A DNA stretch of 64,000 nt. It comes from Balanoglossus misakiensis. Taxonomy: Eukaryota > Animalia > Hemichordata. The position numbers and the translations under genes were made by a program. Shown here in pieces: positions 51,601-64,000 of this stretch; the stretch's first letter is position 1; each line of letters opens with the position of its first letter. Location of the stretch: contig CM082582.2 of the NCBI GenBank assembly GCA_040954595.2, positions 6,760,063 through 6,824,062 on the forward strand. Direction: 5' to 3'. Under the pieces are notes generated by a model. The model was not told where the DNA came from, ran no database searches, and saw nothing but the letters and a program-made list of their open reading frames with translations.

Positions 51601-54600
51601 TGATTTTGTTAAAGACTTCGAACGATCGATACTTTAAAAATAACATCTGCTCTTTTTCATTAAAAACGTGCTCGTGTAAATTGTTCGATACTTGTAATAA
51701 AATTAATTACACTCATGTAGCTAAAGGGAAAGTATAACGACACACGTCATTAACTTTACTAACTTTACTCGTACGGTAAGTAATATGAGACAGTTTAAAT
51801 CTTTTTCATTCCCTGCCCACGAGGTGCTCGTATTTTATATGGAAGTCTGATGAGTTCAATTCCATTTAAACTTTCTCTTTTTTTTAAAAAAATGCGTACA
51901 ACGTAGTCTCGACACGATGAGTTTCTAAAGAACATATTTTGGGCATTATAGGAGGAGACTAAGAATCCGAATTTCAAATTAAATGTCTGAGATATCTTGT
52001 CATGCCCGATAGGCTGAACATATAGAAAGAGCAAATGTAAAGAAACTAGTGACGAAGTAAGATTTTTTCTACAATAAGGATCAAAGTATTTTCCTGCTAC
52101 GAATTGAATTTTTAGTAACAGTACCCTTTCCGAGTTTTGTTATTCATTTCAAAAGAGTAAGACTTCCCTACAGGTACTTTGGGGATCATACATTTACGTT
52201 TTCTGGGCATGTCATTCGTTTCATACTGTGAGAACTCTTAGATGCTGAACTGGCGTTATGACCTCTAGTTTTTTTTAAATCCCTCCCACTTAACTCCCTT
52301 GACATTACAAGAATCACAACTTCCACACAACAGTCACGGGTAAAAAAAGCAAAGTTGACGTCGGTTGTTTTGTAAGATATATCACCTCGCTTTATCAATC
52401 GCAACAACCCCATCTCGAAAATATACTCCAAAATACGACCAAAGATAAATTTGATTTGTTTTATAGAACCTTGTGGCAAACATTTTCATTTGGGTTTTAA
52501 TTTTAGGAGGTGCTGTTTTATTGCACTGTCAATATCAATCGAAGATTTGTACGGGAGAAGAAAGTGGTAATTTTCTGTTTTATGTCATGTTATATTATGT
52601 CGTGGCTATTTTCCTTTGGCGGGAGACAATATTATTTCACTATATGTACGTCAGTAAATGTGAATTTATCGAAAATATTAAAATCAATAGGCATAAGCCG
52701 CGGTGGGTTTATATTGCTATCAATATTATGTCCAACGCGCTGGGATCTAATTTAATTTGGAGACTGCGAACACTACTAAATGACTGAGATTGGGAAAGTA
52801 TCCAATACGCTCAAAGAACTTGGACAAGTTTAGGGGGGATTAAATGGAAAGACGGAGGCGTTGATAAAAAGTGTATCATACACAACGAAATAATGGGATA
52901 CTTTCATGGCATTTTCCATGAGTTCACTCATCGGCCCGTGGTATCTGGCGATGTAACATTTCTCCAGTGGCATAAACAAAAAAATCTGCTGGAGTCAACG
53001 TAGATACACACTCGACAGGATGTACCACCAAGCCATTGCTTTGTTATAGGTCTAGGAGACCTGTAAACTTTGCAAACGATTCGAGCGAAACGAGTTCAGG
53101 CGGCGATTTCTGTATACGCGGCGTCTCATTAGAACGACAGTTGTGAAAGCCGACTGGGCCTGTTCCCCAACAGGCTTCAAAACGGATTTGCCTGAGTGTC
53201 TTTGAAGCTGCGCTCATTACAGAAATTGGATGCCCACATTGTTGATCTTTACGTCAGCGTTAGAAGAGAGAGAGAGAAAAAAACAGCGCTGGTGTTGGTA
53301 CGCTTGTAATACCATTACCCTGACGAGAGCATGATATGCGGCACGCATTCATACCCTCATTAATGGTTTAATCAAAAAGTGAAAAACATACCGTTTCGAA
53401 TAAAGACATCATTTCAAACAGCTTTGAATTAAGTTCCCCCTAAGCCTAAATAGGGTTTGTGTCAGATACGGAATTCTTCGAAGGGGCATTATCACTATTA
53501 CTAAGAGATTATTTCTTACATAAGCCCAGCATCAGACATCCCCCGTCCTTTCCGCTCAAGCGAAAATCGCATACAAGGCCCGAATACAGACAGAGCCTAG
53601 GATTAAGAGTCAATCTACAGCCACAGCATAGCGTACCCATCGCTGCTAATCAAAATTTTACAAAAAAAATAATAGGCCTACGCCGACTCCCACGCACTGA
53701 GATAAAAAGGAATCACCCTAAAGAGATCATCATTTTTTCATTTGCCGAGTGTCCCTGGCCATGCAGGGTCCTTTGAAGACATTCTTGCAGGACGGGTATT
53801 TTAAGCTCTGAGTGGCGCAGAGAGAGAGACCACAATCCCCCATGATGGGTTCGGGATTATTACCGGGAGAGGACTAGGAGCAGCCATCTTCGCGGATCCT
53901 CGTATATACGCATCAAGTCGGTAATCATCGAACGGTTTCATGCAGACGGTCGTTGCTACGGCGAAGTATGTCACTCATTTGACAGGAACGGAATTTCCGC
54001 GTAATTCGCACAAAATGACAGCTGCTTCAGATCCGCCCAGGCAGTCACAACGAAGGTCAATACCGTCAAGTGATCATTGCCGATCTATAATTCAGACGCG
54101 TTTGCCTATTCGCCAGCGCTCAATACCCCCCCCCCCCCTCCCACTTTTTATAACGACGGACGTTTCCCGACCTCGCATATGGACCCGTCGTGTAGTAGGC
54201 CTTATCAATACCAAAGCCGTCGCATCTGTCGAAAAATAATGAATATAATCTCCGAAAAAAAACCCAGCAAGCGAATGAAATGTAATTCCCTTAAAGATCC
54301 AGCCGTGGTGCTGTAAATCGATTTCATGGTTGGCTTCATTGCTAATACATCATCTTGTTGTCTCTGGTTTTTTGAAAAGCTCTATCCCTTATTAATTATT
54401 TGTTCTTTACCTTAATAAGCGTCGCTACCTTAAGGCTACATTCATCTGAATGCAGATTCCCGGGAATGATAGCAGCAACCAAATAGCGTCAAGTGCAACT
54501 TCAACCCACTCGTGAAAATTGGATTTGTTTGATAGCGAGGCCGTGCTTAGGCCGGTGATTTCGATGCAAATTCCCTTTTCACAAAGAGGTATACTATAGT

Positions 54601-57600
54601 CCCACATGTATTCTCAAAAAGAGGCATTTTCGGCAGTCAGCGAAATAACGTCTACTCCTATAACTTCGGAAGAAATGTTATATACCGGCAGCATTAATGA
54701 TGTCGTTCATTAGTGTGTACGTGGAACTTGAACTAGACACGAGTCAACTAAATTTGATAAGATTCATTAAATCAGGTTCTTAATTCTTTTCATGACAAAG
54801 AGGCAGTTTTGCAATATTATTAACGTCGATATATACTGACGCGAAGAGCCATTGCTGAATACTATCATAATGCCTCCTTTTTCACATTTGTCGGAAAGTA
54901 ATTAAATCCGAAAAGTCACCTTTCCGAAGGCATTTTAAATGCACGACATTTTGAGGGCGTGGAACCTGAGACCGTGCATTGAACAGCAATGTAATACAGT
55001 TTGTCGACATGCAGACGTAATGGATATTATAAAGTAATGTTATTACCCTTATAGCTTTTATGGGTTTAAGTTAACGTGCTGTATGCTTAACAATGAAGAG
55101 TAGGAATGAAAAAGTACGTCCATGAGAAAATAAATCAATTGCCGTGCATTCTTGGCGTTCACTCTTAGCCAGTGATGCCATAAACCGAACGCAGTGCTGT
55201 TAAAATGCGTTGCATCGATATTTACAAGTGCGTTTGCCGTAGTTAAAATAGCTTGTGTTAGACAACGTGGCCGGTGGAGGTGATACTCTGTTTTCTGGTC
55301 CCACTCGATCAAAAATGCAAACGTACGATACGTTCAGTCGCGCAAACGTTCATTTCGAGATTGCCGCCACGTATAATGCTAACATCTTCAACCCCCGAAC
55401 ACGTTTAGCGCTTATATTGCCCCTCCATCGTTAAGTGTTTAATTTGAATTTTAATTAGCTCTCGTCCACATATCCCCGTAGGTTGATGCAAGGTCGAATG
55501 TTAGAAATGGCCAGTGACCGTTTCGTGCAAAGAAGTCTTTCGAGGTTAATAATCAATTGGGACTCATTCGGAGAGAGAAAATGAAATCTTCGAGTCACCG
55601 TGTACCGTCTGATCACTACGCACTCTTCAGTGGAAACGTTGACCATCATTGCTGCGCTTGACAAAAAAGTACAAACGTGTCGTCTGCTCAGATTCCTGTC
55701 TATCACCCGGGGGTGCGACCCCAGCACGTTAACAGCAGCTCATCAAACTTCTTCCTCCAAGCTTATATTCAAAATTATACCAACTCAATGAAAGTGGCAC
55801 CCCGGGACAATATTGGTACAGGTGCTAACTTTCACTGAACGTCTATGGCTGCGTGCAAAGTATACAGTCACAGTACATACGGTAAACCGAAACTTAAATC
55901 GAAATTTATAAAAGCTCTCACGTTGGAATTCTAACGTTATTTCCTTTACTCAGTTTCACTTAAAGTCCGACGAGAGAAAAAATAAGAAACTGCAAATCAG
56001 TCATTTGCGTAGGACTGAAAGCGCACTAACAACTTGTTTCAACAAGCGACTGATTGAGTTTATATTGAAGGCATGGTCACTCTTAACATGCATTCACCGG
56101 TCACAAAATGTGAAACGCAAAACGCCAGGGTATATTGTCTGCACAGAGGAGGTAAAGAAAATACCCATTTCAAGTCTTAATGAGCTCTACAACAAACCGT
56201 AACACTGATTGCTGAAAAGAAATATGAAATTTAACAAATTCATTTTATCCACAAAATCAACCGTGGAGCATGCAATATTGACTAACCTGAAACACCATTG
56301 CCTATTCACAAATCAACTTCGAGAGGATATTCCTTTTTTTTTACAACGTACAATAAAACCGTAATATAAAAAGTCTGTTAAATTAAGATAAATGGTATTT
56401 CTGGTCTGTGCTGACAATATTCTAGAGTTCAATACCAGTTTACTTAATACATATATATAACTTTCAGCATTATTCTAGGCTTTTCATGCCATTATTAATG
56501 TCCCACAAGCAAATGCGTGATAAAATCATATTATTCCAGTTTAATATCTGATTGCGATTAATGGATTCTTATCACGAAATATTTCGTCTCCCTCCTCGTT
56601 TCTTATCAAACCTTTTCATTTTATTTATCGTATCGAATTATTGTGGAATACAGTGTAGGCCTATACACTCTGTGATTTTTTGTGACGTCATTACAGTATA
56701 CAAATTAAAAAAAGGTTGACTTAATTTTTAATTCCAACGCAGTTGGCAGGCATATGTGAGTAGGCGCGTTGCAGCAATGCAGTGTTATGTTGGCAATCTT
56801 GCGTCCAGTTCAGATACAGTATCATGATCATCCCCATGCGATTTTACAGCATCTGGTGTACATTACTTCTAGCTTCAACGATTTATAACTTTCTCTGAAA
56901 TTAATCTCGCCCAGACTTAATTTGAGTATTGCATCCTCCTTGGCGAGAATCCCTCCAATGAATAATTCTTTGAGCACCGGTATTTCAATAACGGAGTAAA
57001 TGAATCAATAAATCAATCGCTCGCGGTGCCGTCTTCCATCTGAAAATTCACACAAATATTGCGTGTTTACCTAATATACTCGACAAAAACAGAAAACTCC
57101 ATTTCGCCACACGACACTCGATATCATTTCCAGCTAAATGATAACCCAGGATTTTGTGAATTGATTCGGTAAAATGACACAACACCAAAACACCTTGTCG
57201 GTCACAGGAGACGGCTGTAGACAGATTGGATATTTGAGATTGCTGTGTTTATTAAAAATGGAAAGTCTAGACTTACAGCGTTGTTGCTTCCCTGCTATAC
57301 ACTGTAAACCTAACACTGTCGCAGTTACTGTACCTGAAATAGGGAAAGGTTAATTATAAACCTCGATAGATGTTATGTAGATGGGAATTCATAGCCCTGG
57401 AAAATAATACACTTTTTTGATAAATGCGCGCGCTCTAAAGTCTGCATTCCCGGCCTCGTTATCTAATAGTAATAAATTAGTTTTGCTGTATTTATTGGCC
57501 GTAATTTAGTAATTTATTAAGCAATTTCCGCAGAATTTACTCTTTTCGAAACAATCTCTTTTAGAAACATTATTCTTCGCCGGTAAACCAGATGATGTCA

Positions 57601-59754
57601 TCAAAACTATCCTAGTAGATCCAAAAAGATCCTAGTAGGTCGTGGCGACTGCAGTGAGGTTTGTGCTGGTATATATGGGAGGACATATTCTCATCAAAGG
57701 GGACACCCACGCGGCTCGACGACCCTTCCCTTTAACCCGAACCTGGGCCTACATGCATGTTTGTCACAATTACTCCGATGGAGAACACCATCTGCTTCTC
57801 TAACTGCATCGAGGTAAGGCGCAGGTAAACCCTGTAGAGATCCGGAGACAGACAAGATGAAGATTTATTGGTAGATAGAGAGTGCACAAAATTAGAAACA
57901 GAAAACAGAAGTCCGCAGCTAGAAAATTGAAAGATCGAATTTGATTATCAATACACTGTAGTGTAATCATCGTCAATTCCCCTACTTTCTCGGGTTATCT
58001 ATACCTACCCTATTTTTTATCATGTGAGACAACTGTTTTGAACCTCGGGGTCTTTTCAACGTGACGTCACTGGATTTTATAGCCTGTCGGAAATCCCCAA
58101 AATCCATGTATACGCTGAAATAAATGCGAAATATTCCGATCAATCTCGATTTCTTGCTGTTGGAAAGGTGCTGGGGTTTACTGCGTCACTTCTAACAGCC
58201 GTTGCTTGGCACGCAACAGTATATAATACATCGCCATTTAATCACTATAAGGAGTACGGAAATAAGCCGAGAGTTCCCCTTTTCAGGAGAAAAATACAAT
58301 GTCATGAGTGTCTTGTTACAACGAACCTGTTACTGCATCATAAGCCATTGCAGAATGAGGAAATGTCATGATGTTAGCGTCGTGCCCGGAGAGATTATTT
58401 AGACTTGCATGTACCGAATTCTTCCAAACTCAATCTACGGTCACGGCCACTCCTAAGACGTCAAGGTCGATTGATTCTGGGTATGATCTTGGACTTAGAA
58501 TGAGTAAATGATTTGGAGACCAAGCGGCCATTTTACTTATTTTTATTGTCGAGATCAGTGTCTGTCTGTCTGTCTGTCATTTTCTATGTGTAGCTGTCTC
58601 CTGCAAGTTAGCCGAGAACTTTATCCGTAGACGCACGTGCTTCATATTCTGGACCAGAATAAAAACCCACCTGTAAATCACAGAAGCGCCGCCAACAACA
58701 TGGCAGAGAAATGCACGATTTCACCAGTCACGTGATCGGTGAACTAAATCTAGGAACATTGCGATATGCCTATCAGGCGAATGAGCCGAATGGGAACATT
58801 TTTAAGAACCTCAGCCGGCGATACGAAACAGAGTTCTTCATTTACGTACGCGTGGCCTTCACAAAGTCTGATTTGACGTCTGATTACACAGAGAATGTCA
58901 CATGGGAAGTTACACAATCAACGAGATGAGGCTTTTCTATGACGCAAAATAATCCTCAATAAGCAATATACAATAAGCCCAGCGTCTTCAGAAAAGAGAG
59001 AAATTAAGTTCGTGTTCAAACCAGCAGGGACCCGTCAAGTGGCATTTCCTTTGAGTCCCCGTGACGAAGATGCGTTGTGACATCAGCGAGCGAGACACTT
59101 GTGTAGAATTTTCTAAAAATTATACTTCATCATGTTTACGTCTCCGATTGACGAGATACTCTTTGGCGTGTGTTGTGACGTGACATACACCGTTGAGCAC
59201 GCTCGCATTAAACTAATTGTTTTCCTCTTTCAGGGTCTTGCGGGAGAAGTAACGAGATTGGCTTTTTTGTAAGACCATTCAGCGAGGCACTGGCATCAGG
59301 TAACGCCGGTGTATAATCGACAGGAATTGCGATTTGTTTCGCTGAAGGCGAATGATCGATAAGAGACATAATTTACAGAACTCACTGTGCATTTCGCCGG
59401 CAGCTGGGCTTCGATTGCCACGCGGACCAACCACACGTCGAATTTAAACCGCCAAGGTGAACAGCACGACGGTGTAAAAACTACAATATTCGGGAGACCA
59501 TTTACACGTTGTGACCACAAAATAAATTGTATACCTCTTGTCGACACAGACACAAAGCATTGTTACGCAACAATTAAATCTAGAAACTCCCTACACAACA
59601 CATACATATCATTAGCTATGCACATTGTTATGCAAAACTGCCCACCCCAACCTACATTCCACCACCTGTGTATCTGCATATAAACACGTCTTGCATTTTC
59701 GCCAGTTTAGTCTCCTGATGTGTGAGTACCGCCTTTCGTTTCTCCAACTACCCT

Positions 59755-59830
59755 TACATGTACCCGGTATATGTACACATGCACACACATACACATACAT
59801 ACGTACATATATACATACATGTACATATAA
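59755..59830. repeat. (CA/TACA)n low-complexity repeat
   Basis: Alternating purine-pyrimidine tract acacacatacacatacatacgtacatatatacatacatgtac. Confidence 0.75.
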
Positions 59831-61549
59831 TGGCGCAATATATAATACGGCGTGTACCTTAATTGAGCTCACTGCATGGGAGATGAATGGTGTCTGATCA
59901 AATTCTGTTACGAGAGGGCTGCGATTCTATATGATCTAAATTATCGCATAATGGGCTGATTATCTTGCATCGTACCACCGAGGCAGATCATTATTGACAT
60001 CAGCTTGGGTTACGCACACTGGACGCCGAATGTGCTATTGTAATTGCCTCTCGATGACACCAATTTCAATGTTCTCTATCGAAGTTGATCTGGAATTCAT
60101 CAGTAACGAGAGACACGCTTATTTGTATTATCTGATCGCTGGGCAAAGGAGGAGTAATCAATTTGGCACGACGATGCTACCGTCGAGGTTACATTTGCCA
60201 CTATACTTTCAGAATCTGTGGTAATGTTATTTTTTTTTTAAATCCATCACAGAAATATATATTTCCTAAGTGAAGCAAAGTTCATCGCCCTTTTGAAACT
60301 AACCATCAACATATGCATGTTAAAGTAATATGTAGACGTCATTACATGTCCCTAATAACCTTGGTAACATCTGCCTACGTTAATTATTCACCGTGGATGT
60401 TTCGAGATCACATGCAATTTAGTCAAGATCGACGGAATTGATAAAATATTAACCGCCGAAGATTTTCTGTGATGTCCACGCGTATGAATATATTATACGT
60501 CCAACTTATAGTAATTACAAGTGATTGCTAATGACCCGTGGCAAATGCGTTTAGAGTATACACATGCCCCGTGCGGCTCTTAGATATATTGAAACTCATA
60601 TCGAGCAGATGTTTTTTTGAAACTTAGCATATGTCCATGTCCGTGTGTGTCTGCTGTGTTCATTCGCTGTAACATCAGGTATATAGTGTGCGTGACACAG
60701 TATATAATAACTTGCGTTGTCTGGCCATTTACTGTTATACTGATGTGTGTACATGTATATCCATCAGATGTCTTCGTTAACGTAATATTCGTTCGAGTTA
60801 GAGTTGCCCATTTATAGTGTCGACTGGTTAATTGACAAATCGCCTAATACAAAATCAACATTATACTTTCTTGGAATTAACCTAACTATGCGTTTAATAT
60901 TTATTCTTACATTTACGTTAACTTAACTTTCTATGCACCCGATATAGGCTTATTTGTGTACATGTACGTGTATATGACATACACAAAGTCTGTAAATTCA
61001 AGCTTCTCTCTGGTGACTATATTTTGGAATCAATGACGTGCATTCTGGAAGGCAGCACAATACGAACACGTCTGTTATAGGCGGCTATGAATATTTAAGG
61101 CGACACGAACGTCATATGAATTTTTTATTGTCTGTTGACGATATCAGTCATAAAGCGCATTAACCGGGGAACCGAATATCAAGCATAGTAGAAGACAACT
61201 CATCTCCATTGCATCTACGCTCTGGGTCCCCTGGGTCCCAGCTCGGATAAAAATGCACACAGCCGTTAAATAGACAGGATCTTCGATCTGTTTAGTTCAC
61301 ATTATCTGAGGCTGAGAGACAACCCCGTGAGATTTAAATGGCTTTCAATGTATATCCTGTTTTTTTCCGCATATTAGAAATGGACGACCTGGAATTATAA
61401 TTGAATCAAGTAAAATACCCTAGTGAGATTTTGAATTAACTTCTGAATCCAACGTTGTAATTTGAGCGATAAATATTTATCACCCAGCCCGGCGCTCCAA
61501 GTGTTGATTGTATTGCGAGACAGCTGCGGTGCGTTTTGCAGGCGACGAC

Positions 61550-61645
61550 GGCAGAGCCAATGAGAGCCTACTCGATTGGTTGCGCGCAGCTCGCTTATTG
61601 GCTGAAAAGCCAATTCAGCCGGTCCTTAAAGCGCGAAATTGCTCT
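61550..61645. promoter_or_regulatory. Cluster of four CCAAT boxes with an E2F-like site; candidate promoter or enhancer
   Basis: AGCCAATG (about 61555), GATTGG (about 61574), TATTGGCT (about 61596), AGCCAAT (about 61608) and GCGCGAAA (about 61631), in CpG-rich DNA. Confidence 0.4.
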
Positions 61646-64000
61646 TTTAGGGCGAAGTTACTCGCGTGATGCTTAATAGGAATACTCGTGCTCGAAATAC
61701 CTACAGTCCCTGACAGGCATTTCACAAAATCTCAAAAATGAACATCGTGCCATTTCACTCAGCACTTCATATAAATCCTTCAGCAACAGCTGGCCATTGC
61801 TGGCCGTGTTGGATCCACTGCCTGTAACCTTACTCAGAACTGGTGCACGACGCTTTACAATGGCTATAACAGTTTACGGGCACATAAACGCCGGCGCTGC
61901 GTTTATTCTGTTCATCGCTCTTGCAATATCAAAAAGTCGGAAGTATATTAACACGGGTCAACACACTGGATGTGTTAGCATAAAAGCGTATCAGCCCACA
62001 CGCTTCTCACTGCAATGAAGAAGAAAAATGTATCCGGCTAAAGACGCTTCATGAAGATGGCCGCGTCGGTTCCATTACTTTTTAGAGTGGCGATGTGCCG
62101 TAAAATGGCACATTTCACATTTTAATAAGTTTGCTGTCTTATAAATGACACTTATAATAGCAAACGTGCCTTGGATCTGTGTCATAGGGTTTTAACATGT
62201 CCACGTGACAACACGTCTTGTGTGCAAATTATCGCACGTTTTAACGTTTGTCTACTACATATATATACAACGAACATAAGGTTCTTCGGCATTGTGATTC
62301 TCGGCATGTAATTCATCAACAACACGGTTATTGCACGTTTGTTCTCACGGCAAATTTGGCTCTGGTGTGATTATAACCGATTTCAAACGACCATCTTTCA
62401 AGTGCCGTTAACGACAGGACAGCGCAAAAAAAAAAAAAAAACAGCCGCGTTTTTTTCCAGGAAATTCCGTCCTTTCATTGAAATGGACTATGATTTTGAG
62501 AAAAGCGACATCAACTCCGGAAGGTAATTTCTCGCGATACCAAAAAAGGTTCATTCACCTCTGCGACTGCGCGCTGGGCACCAGGTCTGACGTCATCGGG
62601 ATCTGTCAGGCGTGATCTACGTGCAATCTGCGCAATGACCCAAAGTTCACTCGTATATCTCGTTTAATTTGGAATTTGTTGCAGTTTATCATTTTTGAGG
62701 TCACGAGCAGTCGAAAAGCAATCTGAAATAACCGACAATATAGAACGAAAGCGGGATTGCGACGAAGTGGATATCTTTTGATCATTTCACACTCACAAAG
62801 AAGTATGTCCGTGTGCGTATTTGCATATAAATGACATAAGGTGGGCAGGAGTAAAAAAGGGAAAACCGAATACCGACACCTGTTCAGTTCTAGGAGGTAT
62901 GGTCAGGTCACATTACATGTGAGTGTCCAATTACTTAGTAATTGCCAAACAGTCGAATATGAACTATAGGGTAATCCTTATTCATGTTTGGTGGAATGCC
63001 ATGGTAACCTCAGCATTCTTCCATATTACCTAACTAGACGCTTTATATTGGCAATTGATTGATTGAGTGACGGGTGTTGTCGCCTCTACTGGCAAAATTG
63101 TTTAATTTAGAGGATTGACAAAGGGATATACGTTGGTCCCAACCCTTCGGTTGTTCGCTCTAAAATCAATGATAAGTAACGTGAGTAAAAGACAACAAAA
63201 TGGGTTACAATATAGGCGATTACAGAATCTTACAAGCAAAACATGCCATCTGTGGCAGTGGAAATCGTTCCCGTAATACTGAAAAGAATGCGCATGCATT
63301 TGGCAACACGATTCTCCTTGATGACGTTGTTTAACTTGTAATCCGAGCATTACGTTATACGCCATGCTTTGTCGAAGTCGTTCCAGACAAAAGGGTAACT
63401 ATATAGGTATACTGGAAACGGGGTGTGACATGAATGTCGTGGTAACTTCAGATACAATTTCCCTGCCGACCGCGTGGTGTGCTTTCGCGGGGGGAAAACA
63501 CGACAGCGTATGATCATTAAAACCAACGGCTGAAACTTGAGCCTGCGCCGAGGCCTGCAATATTTTCCACTTCGTTAAAAACATTCCTCTTAACAGAATC
63601 GGCTTTATTTGGCTATACTGGCAAATCCCGATAATACTGCAAATGTCAGAGGGGCAGGATGCCCGGTGATGTCACAGGTACATCGGCAAACACAGTAGTC
63701 TTAATTAGCGAAATACATCGAAATCCGATCATGGTTTATATTCGACGGAATTAGTCATATTTTAGCTTATTTTTTTCTGAAAACATGCCCATTTATATTT
63801 ACCTCTAAGTGAGATCCTAATTTAATGGGAGTACAAGGGTCGTACCGCCAAATCCGCGGACATCGTCACTAACAGTCGGATCCCCATTCAGATGTACCTT
63901 CATCGGCGCCTTTTGACTACTTTGCGTAAATGTGGTGGGCTCCAATGTCAGTGACGCGTAAACACCTCGGGTCCATTAGAATTCATTTTATCTCGTCAAC

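Noticed and set aside
57828-57850. ACCCTGTAGAGATCCG resembling miR-10
   Set aside because: Only a partial match with an insertion, the 3' half diverges, and I saw no complementary arm.
38600-63600. Numerous 60-150 aa ORFs in the right half
   Set aside because: No recognisable domains, many non-ATG starts, random-like composition and no consistent exon chain.

Overview
Eukaryotic (metazoan) genomic DNA with GT-AG introns. The abundant TACATG repeats and small TIR elements resemble marine invertebrate genomes, but that is inference only. The window has three parts. (1) 1-19.3 kb: the 5' end of an axonemal outer-arm dynein heavy chain gene (DNAH5/DNAH8 type) on the minus strand, running off the left edge. 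Its ~15 kb first intron carries many RFX X-box motifs and at least one candidate alternative first exon, and a candidate 51-nt cassette exon lies in the next intron. (2) 20.5-36.1 kb: a tandem array of four intact class I SAM-dependent methyltransferase genes (JHAMT-like), each with four coding exons, all on the minus strand. They show patchwork similarity consistent with gene conversion, and a PIF/Harbinger-type element sits between copies 1 and 2. (3) 36.5-64 kb: a CpG-rich stretch with no recognisable coding exons, containing a MITE, small duplications and promoter-like motif clusters. No CRISPR array, rRNA or tRNA was seen. I found no clearly novel system; the best leads are the methyltransferase array and the multi-promoter architecture of the dynein gene.
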